The notes beneath the pieces are model-generated. The model worked only from the letters and a program-made list of their open reading frames with translations, did no database searches and had not been told where the DNA came from. The position numbers were made by a program, and so were the translations under genes. A stretch of DNA of 64,000 nt from Alphaproteobacteria bacterium UBA6178 (GTDB lineage: Bacteria; Pseudomonadota; Alphaproteobacteria; Rickettsiales; UBA3002), in NCBI GenBank assembly GCA_002422205.1, contig DITS01000009.1:124769-188768 (forward strand). Reading direction: 5' to 3'. Numbering within the stretch: the first letter of the stretch is position 1; every line of letters begins with the position of its first letter. This document shows, one piece after another, positions 17,579 to 26,161 of the stretch.

Positions 17579-20500
17579 CACATCCTTCAACACCATCGCA
17601 GAAAACCCCAACAGCACCGTGGTTGCGGAATATGTGCCGGATAAGAAAGACGCCACGCATTACCAGTCTGAGAATGAGTTGGAGCTGGAGTTTATTCGCT
17701 TGCTGGAAACTAACGGCTATGACTATCTGAACATCACCAAGGAGGCAGATTTACTGCGTAACCTTCGCGTTCAGCTTTCAAAGCTCAATGAGATGGAATT
17801 CTCTGAAAATGAATGGCAACAGATGCTGACGAATTATCTGGCCAATAAAAACGAAGGCATAGAGGAAAAGACCACCAAGGTTCAGGAAGATCATATCTTC
17901 AACCTTAAGCGCGATGATGGCACCACCAAAAATATACGGATTCTGGATAAGGATAACATCCACAACAACAGCGTGCAGGTGATCAACCAATATGAAACAG
18001 AAGGCGCACGCAAGAACCGCTATGATGTGACGGTGCTAGTCAATGGCCTGCCGATGGTGCATGTGGAAATAAAAAGACGCGGCGTGGCTATTCGTGAGGC
18101 GTTCAACCAGATCAATCGTTATCAGCGCGATAGCTTCTGGGCAGACAGCGGCCTGTTTGAGTATGTGCAGCTTTTCGTGATCTCGAATGGCACGCATACC
18201 AAATACTATTCCAATACCACCCGCAGCGCTCATTTGAAGGAACAACAAGGCCGGAAATCACGCAAGAAAACCAGCAATAGCTTTGAATTTACCTGCTGGT
18301 GGACGGATGCGCAGAATAAACGCATTTCTGACCTTGTCGATTTTGGCAAAACCTTTTTTTCAAAGCATTCCATGCTTTCAATTCTGACGCGCTATTGTGT
18401 GTTCACCTCGGACAAACTCTTGCTGGTGATGCGTCCGTATCAAATTGCCGCAGCCGAGCGGATTATGACTCGCATTGCCATGTCTACCAACCATAAGAAG
18501 CTAGGCACTGTAGATGCTGGCGGGTATATCTGGCACACCACTGGCAGCGGCAAAACCCTGACCAGCTTCAAAACCGCGCAGCTCGCCACGCGCCTTGAGG
18601 GTATGGATAAGGTGCTTTTCGTCGTCGATAGAAAAGACCTCGATTACCAAACGATGAAAGAATATGACAAGTTTCAAAAAGGTTCGGCTAACTCTAACAC
18701 TAGCACAGCCATATTAACGAAACAGCTTGCTGACCCGAACGCTAAGATCATCATTACCACTATTCAGAAATTGGCAAAGTTCATCTCTGCTAATAAAGGT
18801 CATAGTATTTTTGATGGGCATATTGTGTTGATATTTGATGAATGTCATCGCTCTCAGTTTGGCGAAATGCACACGGCCATCACCAAAGCATTCAAAAAAT
18901 ATCATATTTTTGGTTTTACCGGTACGCCCATTTTTGCCGCGAACTCTTCTTCTGGTGGCAATCCGCATCTAAAAACTACGGAACAAGCCTTTGGCCAGAA
19001 ACTCCATGCCTACACGATTGTTGATGCCATTAATGATGAAAATGTGTTGCCGTTCCGGATTGATTATATCAACACGCTAAAAATGAAGCATGAAATTAAA
19101 GACAAAAAAGTCCGCGCTATTGATATAGAGGCCGCGGCCAATTCACCTGAGCGCATCAGGCAGATAACGGATTATATTCTGGAGCACTTCGAGCAAAAAA
19201 CAAAGCGCAATGGAGGGTTTTACTCTTTCAGTAAGCTCGCCAACATTGCTGAGATTGTTTCAGATAAAGAGAAGGATGCTACCAAGAAGATCAAAGAAAT
19301 AAGAAACCAAGTGCGCCTTAATGGGTTTAACTCCATTTTTGCGGTTAGCTCCATTGAGGTGGCAAAGAAATACTATGCGGAATTTAAGTCACGAGATTCA
19401 GGGCTGAAAATTGCCACCATCTTTAGCTTTGGAGCAAACGAAGAGGAAAATGAAGACGGTATTTTACCAGATGAAGACTTCGATACTGGCGGCTTAGATA
19501 AGCTGTCTCGCGACTTCTTGGATATGGCCATTGATGATTACAACCAGCATTTCAGCACAAGCTATGACACCAGCGCGGATAAGTTTGAGAACTACTACAA
19601 AGATCTTTCACAACGCATGAAAAACCGGGAGATTGACTTGCTGATCGTCGTAAATATGTTCCTGACTGGTTTTGATGCAACTACTCTTAACACATTATGG
19701 GTTGATAAAAACTTGCGTCACCACGGGTTACTTCAGGCTTTTTCACGCACCAATCGCATTCTAAATTCGGTTAAAACATTCGGGAACATCATCTGCTTCC
19801 GCGATCTGGAACAAGCCACAAATGATGCGCTTTCTATTTTTGGAAACAAAGAGGCGGGTGGCATCGTTCTGCTGAAATCATTTAAAGAATATTATAATGG
19901 CTGGGAAAAAGAGGGTAAGCGGCAAAGAGGGTATGTTGACTTAATAGCCGAGCTTCAAGAGCGCTTTCCTCTACCGGTCTTTATTGAAGGCGAGCAGGCA
20001 GAAAAAGATTTCATTAAGCTGTGGGGTTCTATCCTGAGGCTTCGCAATATCCTTACTTCGTTTGATGAGTTTGCTGGGAATGAAATTCTGTCTGAGCGAG
20101 ATTTCCAAGATTACCAGAGCGCTTATCTCGACCTTTACGACAAGCTCAGAAAGCATAAAGATGCTGACAAAGAGAATATCAATGATGATATTGAATTTGA
20201 AATAGAGCTGGTGAAGCAAGTCACAATTAACATTGATTACATCCTTCAACTTGTCGCCAAATATCATAAATCTAAGATGAGGGATAAAGAGGTACTAACT
20301 GCTATTGATAAAGCGATTGATTCAAGTATTGAGCTGAGAAGCAAAAAAGAGTTAATCGAGCGCTTCATCAACACCCTAAATGTTCATAGCGATGTAGATA
20401 AAGATTGGCGTACATTTACAGATAAAAGCAGATCTGAGGAACTTGAGAGGATTATTGAAGAGGAAAAACTAAAACCAGAAGAAACGCGAAAATTTATTGC

Positions 20501-20660
20501 TAATGCTTTCCGTGAGGGAGAATTGAAATCCACAGGAACCAGCTTTGCTAGCATTATGCCCCCAGTATCTATGTTTGATGAGAACAATACGCTTGCAAAA
20601 AAGAAATCGCTCGTGCTCGAAAGACTGCGTGCATTCTTTGAAAAATATATAGGAGTATAG
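17571..20660 (+). CDS. hsdR: Type I restriction enzyme, endonuclease/translocase subunit R
   Basis: N-terminal nuclease region (RYDVTVLVNGLPMVHVEIKR), SF2 helicase motifs (HTTGSGKT, IFDECHRSQ, FTGTP), C-terminal helical domain. 1029 aa. Confidence 0.93.
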   Translation: MASTSFNTIAENPNSTVVAEYVPDKKDATHYQSENELELEFIRLLETNGYDYLNITKEADLLRNLRVQLSKLNEMEFSENEWQQMLTNYLANKNEGIEEKTTKVQEDHIFNLKRDDGTTKNIRILDKDNIHNNSVQVINQYETEGARKNRYDVTVLVNGLPMVHVEIKRRGVAIREAFNQINRYQRDSFWADSGLFEYVQLFVISNGTHTKYYSNTTRSAHLKEQQGRKSRKKTSNSFEFTCWWTDAQNKRISDLVDFGKTFFSKHSMLSILTRYCVFTSDKLLLVMRPYQIAAAERIMTRIAMSTNHKKLGTVDAGGYIWHTTGSGKTLTSFKTAQLATRLEGMDKVLFVVDRKDLDYQTMKEYDKFQKGSANSNTSTAILTKQLADPNAKIIITTIQKLAKFISANKGHSIFDGHIVLIFDECHRSQFGEMHTAITKAFKKYHIFGFTGTPIFAANSSSGGNPHLKTTEQAFGQKLHAYTIVDAINDENVLPFRIDYINTLKMKHEIKDKKVRAIDIEAAANSPERIRQITDYILEHFEQKTKRNGGFYSFSKLANIAEIVSDKEKDATKKIKEIRNQVRLNGFNSIFAVSSIEVAKKYYAEFKSRDSGLKIATIFSFGANEEENEDGILPDEDFDTGGLDKLSRDFLDMAIDDYNQHFSTSYDTSADKFENYYKDLSQRMKNREIDLLIVVNMFLTGFDATTLNTLWVDKNLRHHGLLQAFSRTNRILNSVKTFGNIICFRDLEQATNDALSIFGNKEAGGIVLLKSFKEYYNGWEKEGKRQRGYVDLIAELQERFPLPVFIEGEQAEKDFIKLWGSILRLRNILTSFDEFAGNEILSERDFQDYQSAYLDLYDKLRKHKDADKENINDDIEFEIELVKQVTINIDYILQLVAKYHKSKMRDKEVLTAIDKAIDSSIELRSKKELIERFINTLNVHSDVDKDWRTFTDKSRSEELERIIEEEKLKPEETRKFIANAFREGELKSTGTSFASIMPPVSMFDENNTLAKKKSLVLERLRAFFEKYIGV

Positions 20661-20902
20661 TTCTACTAATATGAATTTTTACAGGAATAGACAGGCTATG
20701 ATCGCAAAAATCAAATGGCGATTGAATGATTGTTGTTGCTTGTTATTGGGTATAGAGGGCATCCTTAAAATTATGATATGCAGAAAAAGGAACTGCTGGG
20801 TAAGGTATGGGCAGAGAAGTCCGGCATCTGTTTTTTATAGGGTGGATGTTTATCAGCAGATTAATCAGGTGTTGACCACGTGAGGAAGAAACAGGAGACC
20901 CA

Positions 20903-21772
20903 ATGACTCAAGCAGATAAATTCCCCACCCATATCGATCTGACATGGCCAACATTGCTTGCACTTAAGCAGCTTGGCGGGTCTGGGACGATTGAGGAAAT
21001 CTTTGACAAGATGGTTGAGATCCAACAATTCCCCGAGTCAATCCAGCAAGTGCCTGCTTCGCGTGGCAACCGATCTAAGCTAGAGTATCGAGCGGCATGG
21101 GCGCGCTCTTATTTGAAACTAGTGGGCGCGGTGGAGAATAGTCAGGTGGGTGTATGGTCAATTACACCCTTAGGGGAGGCGATTGCTCAGGAAGAGTTGC
21201 TGGCCAAACTGAAAGCAGTAAATCGGGATTATTATCAGAAGCGCAAAGAGGGAAAAGAAGCGGCAGTTGCCGATCAGGATGACTCGGAAGAGTCGATAGT
21301 TGACGAGCTTCTGGATGATTGGCGTGCGCAGCTGCTGAATGTGTTAAAGGCCATTGACCCCAGTGCCTTTGAGCGTTTGTGTCAGCGCGTGTTACGTGAG
21401 TCGGGTTTTACCAAGGTTGAGGTGACGGGGCGAAGCGGTGACGGTGGTATTGATGGCGTAGGCGTATTGCGTGTGAACTTGCTATCGTTTCAAGTATCCT
21501 TTCAATGCAAGCGGTATGCTGGCAGCGTTGGGTCTGGAGTAGTGAGGGACTTTCGTGGCGCAATGATTGGGCGCTGTGACAAAGGACTGATCATCTCGAC
21601 TGGCTCATTCACGTCAGAGGCACGCAAAGAGGCCACCCGCGATGGAGCACCTGCCATTGATTTGATTGATGGGGATGAGCTGTGTGACTTACTGAAACGC
21701 CTCAAATTGGGGGTTGAGACCAAACTGATCGAGCAGGTAGAGGTTACGCCCGACTGGTTTGGGGCGTTGTAA
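20903..21772 (+). CDS. mrr: Mrr-family type IV restriction endonuclease
   Basis: Mrr_N winged-helix N-terminus. The C-terminal Mrr catalytic core has GDGGIDGVG ... QCKRY. Confidence 0.85.
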   Translation: MTQADKFPTHIDLTWPTLLALKQLGGSGTIEEIFDKMVEIQQFPESIQQVPASRGNRSKLEYRAAWARSYLKLVGAVENSQVGVWSITPLGEAIAQEELLAKLKAVNRDYYQKRKEGKEAAVADQDDSEESIVDELLDDWRAQLLNVLKAIDPSAFERLCQRVLRESGFTKVEVTGRSGDGGIDGVGVLRVNLLSFQVSFQCKRYAGSVGSGVVRDFRGAMIGRCDKGLIISTGSFTSEARKEATRDGAPAIDLIDGDELCDLLKRLKLGVETKLIEQVEVTPDWFGAL

Positions 21773-21988
21773 ATAAAGCCATGAGGCCACCTTTTCCAGT
21801 TAACACTATGTAAGATAAAAGCTTTATTTTTATGGCCACTTTTCTTGGAGGCTTGTATAGCTTGTTAACTAGGTGTTTAGGGGACACACCGTTTTCTAAA
21901 AACGCTCTTAATCCAAGATTTTTTTTTTATACGCTTGGTAATAAAATGTTCACAATATATTGCTATAATTAGCATGAGGGAGGCAATT

Positions 21989-22150
21989 ATGAATAACGCA
22001 TACGCCTATACATCGTTAGCTTGTGCTACTAGAGATGCTCAACAAAAGTTGGCAAAACTCAAAAAAGTCGTGATTAGTAGACAAAAGAGAGATGCTGAGG
22101 ATGGCTCATTAACATCTAGCAAAGCAATAAATAAAAAGAAGTCGGCTTAA
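21989..22150 (+). CDS. Small basic hypothetical protein
   Basis: A strong SD (GAGGGAGG) precedes the ATG at 21989, inside ORF 21935..22150. 53 aa, Lys-rich. Weak support otherwise. Confidence 0.3.
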   Translation: MNNAYAYTSLACATRDAQQKLAKLKKVVISRQKRDAEDGSLTSSKAINKKKSA

Positions 22151-22195
22151 CAGGGCTTAGTAGACATTTAATCTCAGTAACATATAGTTGCGCTT

Positions 22196-23581
22196 ATGAG
22201 CGCAAACAAACTTTACAGTGATGCGGATTGGCAGAGAGTATTCCTTGCTCCAGAATCTCTTAATGAGCCATACAGGACGCCAGCTAGAAAAGATTATGCA
22301 CGCATTATACATTCGCCATGCTTTAGGCGTTTGCAGGGTAAGACTCAATTGTATCAAGGCTATGAGTCTGATTTTTTTCGCAATCGACTTACTCATTCAT
22401 TGGAAGTTGCACAAATCTCTAAAGGGATAGCAATCAAGCTTAATTACGAGCATAAAGAGCTATCGTCCAACCCAATAGATCTTGATGTAGCAGAAGCGGC
22501 AGGGCTTATCCATGATTTGGGGCATCCCCCTTTTGGACATAATGGTGAGGATGCTTTAGATGAATGTATGATGAAGCTGGGGGGATTTGAAGGAAATGCC
22601 CAAACTTTGCGAATGCTTGCTCGGTTAGAGAAAAAAGAACTGAATTGCCCTAAAATAGTGAACGGCGTTGATCAAAGGTCGGGTCTCAATCTATGCTATC
22701 GTACGCTCGCTTCCGCGCTTAAATACGATAAAAAGATTCCTTTGATAAGGAATAAAAGATCAAAACCTACAAAAGGATATTACATCTCTGAAGAAGAGAT
22801 CGTATCAAAAATTAAGAGTCATGTTGCACCTTCTTTGTCGGATGATCAGGGTTTTAAAACCCTTGAATGTCAAATTATGGATTTGGCAGATGATATTGCG
22901 TACTCAACATATGACTTAGAAGATTCTTTTAAGGCAGGTTTTTTGTCGCCGTTGGGACTGTACTCTAGTGCAAGTAATAACCTTTTACTCGATAGAGTGG
23001 TGAGCACTATCAAAAGGCGCACAAAGCTAAAAATAAATAACTCGGATGTATTGAAGGTATTAGATCGGGTATTTAGCTTTTTAGGAAATATCGATTCTGT
23101 AGAGCCCATGTTTGATGCAAGCGTTATATACACAGCATCTACGCGTATTAAAGAATGTGGTTACTATCGTTCTGCGTTTACTTCTGAAAGAATTAAGCAG
23201 GCTTTAGATGGAGTGGAATTTATTTATAATCCTCAGCACCCTTGTTTGAGTGAAGTGAAATTCAATAATGAGATGTTGCTAGAAATAGAGGTGCTAAAAA
23301 ATCTTACATTTGTTTCGATGATTATGTCTCCCCGACTAAAAATTGTTGAGCATCGTGGAAAGCAAATTGTTAGGGAAATTTTTGAGGCACTTTATGATCA
23401 AGCTGATGGATATTTATTTATGCCGGATGACTTTCAACAGCTTTATCGTGATATGGAGCGCGAAGAGGACAGGGCTAGGGTCATTTGTGATTTTATAGCA
23501 GGAATGACCGATCGCTATGCATTGGAATTTTATGGCAGGCTAAAATCAGCAAGCCCAGAGAGCATCTTTAAGCCTATTTGA
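22196..23581 (+). CDS. dgt: dGTPase-family dNTP triphosphohydrolase (HD domain)
   Basis: RKDYARIIHSPCFRRLQGKTQL, FRNRLTHSLEVAQI, HDLGHPPFGH and a C-terminal DFIAGMTDRYALEFY are hallmarks of the Dgt family. The gene is visibly AT-rich compared with the core genes. Confidence 0.85.
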   Translation: MSANKLYSDADWQRVFLAPESLNEPYRTPARKDYARIIHSPCFRRLQGKTQLYQGYESDFFRNRLTHSLEVAQISKGIAIKLNYEHKELSSNPIDLDVAEAAGLIHDLGHPPFGHNGEDALDECMMKLGGFEGNAQTLRMLARLEKKELNCPKIVNGVDQRSGLNLCYRTLASALKYDKKIPLIRNKRSKPTKGYYISEEEIVSKIKSHVAPSLSDDQGFKTLECQIMDLADDIAYSTYDLEDSFKAGFLSPLGLYSSASNNLLLDRVVSTIKRRTKLKINNSDVLKVLDRVFSFLGNIDSVEPMFDASVIYTASTRIKECGYYRSAFTSERIKQALDGVEFIYNPQHPCLSEVKFNNEMLLEIEVLKNLTFVSMIMSPRLKIVEHRGKQIVREIFEALYDQADGYLFMPDDFQQLYRDMEREEDRARVICDFIAGMTDRYALEFYGRLKSASPESIFKPI

Positions 23582-23618
23582 GAAACTTGTTATTAAGTAA
23601 TGCTCTCTAAGAGAAGGA

Positions 23619-23639
23619 TTTGTTGGTCTTTTTGTTGGT
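23619..23639 (+). promoter_or_regulatory. Doublet of TTTGTTGGT motifs (candidate arm-type recombinase sites) at the right end of island 1
   Basis: tttgttggt occurs at 23619-23627 and 23631-23639, about 65-85 bp left of the att core. The same doublet is at 7312-7333 and 23829-23850, next to each integrase start. Confidence 0.35.
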
Positions 23640-23701
23640 GTATGGAAATAGCCGCCAAGATTATTTGGTTATAAATCATGATCATAATCCATTTCGGCGT
23701 G

Positions 23702-23945
23702 TCCCGTAGGGTCACCAAGCACACGCTCCGATAGCGTCCAAAACAATCCAAAAATCCTTGAAAATACAACGAAAATGTGGCAAAGCTTGTCCGTTAGGCC
23801 ACAGGAATGTCCAACCACATCCGAGCGATTTGTTGGTTCTTTTTGTTGGTTCCTGAGCACCAACAGAGGAAAGAACCAACAAATGAAGCTGACCAACATC
23901 CAATGTAAGAATGCTGTGTATGACCCTTCCGGCGCTGGCAACAAG
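23702..23945 (+). repeat. Long direct repeat, copy B (tRNA 3' end fragment, integrase leader, int 5' stub)
   Basis: Aligns with 7184-7427. The tRNA portion is only the last 16 nt, so there is no second functional tRNA. Confidence 0.85.
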
Positions 23946-23975
23946 GCGGTGGAAGCTTTGTCTATTGCGAGTTGA
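23883..23975 (+). pseudogene. Truncated P4-type integrase (first about 21 codons only)
   Basis: MKLTNIQCKNAVYDPSGAGNK is identical to the N-terminus of the intact integrase at 7365. It then diverges and stops 9 codons later. Confidence 0.8.
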
Positions 23976-24265
23976 TGGAATGGAATGAGGGCGTTGTCCA
24001 GCGCATCCGCCATGCCAAAACCTCCAAAGATTTGCAATCTATCTACAATGACATAAAAGGGTCTTCATTCCTTCGTTATGATGTGGATATGAAGGCGTAT
24101 GAAACGGATGACTTCACCGCACTGGAATTGGATGACCAGAAAAAAGCATTGTTGGCATGTTTAGAGATGAATCATCTTTATGTGAACATCCGCGAAATTG
24201 ATGACAAGGAATATGCTGTTTCCGATGAAGACAAGCAGCTAAACAAAAAATTCTATGGGAAGTAG
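23975..24265 (+). pseudogene. Probable 3' fragment of a type III R-M mod (methyltransferase) gene
   Basis: The 97-aa ORF ends 3 nt before res. Its tail (LEMNHLYVNIREIDDKEY...DKQLNKKFYG) resembles Mod C-termini as I remember them. No methyltransferase motifs are present, so the gene is 5'-deleted. Confidence 0.45.
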
Positions 24266-24268
24266 GCT

Positions 24269-25309
24269 ATGTCTGAATCGATTAGCCTAAAACAGGATTA
24301 TGATGCGCTAGAACGCCGTGGGATGCTTAAAAGGGACATCCCCGCGTATATTGCTGACAACATTGCTAGCGCTATTACTCTCCGTCCTTATCAAGATAGA
24401 GTATTGCAGCGCTTCTTCTTTTACATGGAAGAAGAACAGCGTCAGCGTCCCTCCCATTTGCTATTCCACATGGCCACTGGTAGCGGAAAAACAGTGCTTA
24501 TGGCCAGTCTGATTCTTCATCTTTATGCTCAAGGCTACCGAAATTTTCTGTTTTTCGTCAATTCCAGCAATATCATTGATAAAACTAAAGAGAACTTTCT
24601 GAACCCAGTTTCAAGCAAGTATCTCTTTGCACCAGATGTAACGATTAATGATAAGCGAGTGAACATTCGCGAAGTTGCCAATTTTGATGAAGCGGTGGAT
24701 ACAGACATCAATATCCATTTTTCTACCATTCAGGGGCTGCATACCCGCCTTCAGAATCCCAAGGAAAACGCAGTTACGCTGGAAGACTTTGAAAACCGTA
24801 AGATTGTGCTGATTTCAGATGAAGCTCATCACATCAACACGCTAACCAAGAAGTCTTTGGGTAAAGAAGAGCAAGCAGAGGTCAATAGCTGGGAATCTAC
24901 AGTCAGCAAGATATTCCAGTCTGACATGAATAATCTTTTGTTGGAATTTACGGCCACCATTGAATTAGAACATTCGGCAATCAAAGCCAAATATCATGAC
25001 AAGATTCTCTATGATTATTCGTTGCGTCAGTTTCGAGAAGATGGATATTCCAAAGATGTGGAAGTGCGGCAAGCAGACCTTCCCCCGTTAGAGCGCATGT
25101 TCCAAGCTGTGATTCTGAGTCAGTATCGCCGTAAGGTTGCAGAAGCCCACGGATTGCATATTAAACCAGTGATTTTGATGAAGTCTAAGACCATAGCAGA
25201 ATCCAAAGCAAATGAAGAAGCCTTTCATAACTACATTGCCGGATTGAAGGAAGTAATCAGTGATTTCATTGCTGGCATGACTGACCGTTACCCGCATCAG
25301 GAAGTGTAG
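24269..25309 (+). pseudogene. res: Type III restriction enzyme Res subunit, N-terminal about one third only, fused to a dGTPase-gene scar
   Basis: Has helicase motif I MATGSGKT and motif II LISDEAHHIN, but no later helicase motifs or nuclease domain. The last residues, VISDFIAGMTDRY, copy the dGTPase C-terminal motif. Confidence 0.75.
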
Positions 25310-26135
25310 AGAACGTGCCAGTCGCAATCAACCAAAGGAGCTTATCTGCAGCATAGGGAGTAACGTCTGTATTGTTTTTTGCGAGGCGTATAATAGCGAG
25401 AAATGCGGTATAGTTATTTATGCTTTCCCCTGCTTCAAATAATCCTAATCTGTAACATATTTTGATTATATGCGTATCGGGTTTAGGGAAGCCATCATAT
25501 CCAATTTCTTTTAAGAAATCGCACGCCAAGGGAAAACCAAATCCGTCGATTTTCAAAGATAAAAGCATTGGTAATGCAATACGTGCTTCTTCATGCTTAT
25601 ACAACTCACTCGCCCACGAATTGAAATCTTAAATATTCTTAAATTTTGTAACGAATTTGGCAGCAGAGATAATGGTTTTACAATATCTTGACCATATCCC
25701 CTCTTTTCTGCCCGTTTCTATGATATTGATTGGTGCCTTAATATCCAGCAGCTTTAATTTTGTATTAATTGTCTGAAGAACAGCTGACGATGAGGTGTAC
25801 TGCTTTAATACTTTATACGGATCGAAATTTTCTAATATATGCTCGCCGATCTTTTCTAAACGTGTCTGTTGTGTTCCACCAATGACATTAGGCCGTCTCT
25901 CAGCATTTTGTGCTGAAACGAGTATTTGCTTATATAGCTCATGAAGGCATTTTGGGATTGGTCTGCTTACTCCGGGTTTTAGATGCAGTCTGATGATGTT
26001 TATTGCTGCGTCTGGCGTATCTGCGCACTGTTTCCGTGGTGGCAGTGTATTTTGTAGCTGTGCGGCAAGCCAGTCATGGGCGAGCTTGTACACTAATTGA
26101 TCGCGTTTGATAATGTAGTCTGGTTCTATTGACAT
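25266..26135 (-). pseudogene. HhH-GPD-like (DNA glycosylase-like) gene interrupted by one in-frame TAA
   Basis: ORFs 25629..26135 and 25266..25604 are in the same frame, separated only by the stop at 25629-25631. The distal part, IDGFGFPLACDFLKEIGYDGFPKPDTHIIKI, fits the helix-hairpin-helix pattern of EndoIII/AlkA-type enzymes. Confidence 0.5.
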
Positions 26136-26161
26136 TTCGAGTCCTTTAATCTTGTTGAATC

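Larger units (their letters stand above)
7184..23717. mobile_element. Genomic (defence) island 1 integrated at the 3' end of tRNA-Glu
   Basis: Bounded by a direct repeat of the tRNA 3' end: tcccgtaggggtcacca at 7184-7200 and tcccgtagggtcacca at 23702-23717. A P4-type integrase sits next to the tRNA. Several segments are visibly AT-richer than the flanking core genes. Confidence 0.7.

Noticed and set aside
20671-20883. A 70-aa ORF between hsdR and mrr, and a 76-aa ORF at 12695..12925 upstream of the R-M operon.
   Set aside because: Cys/Phe/Leu-rich low-complexity translations in AT-rich intergenic or promoter DNA, with no ribosome-binding sites.
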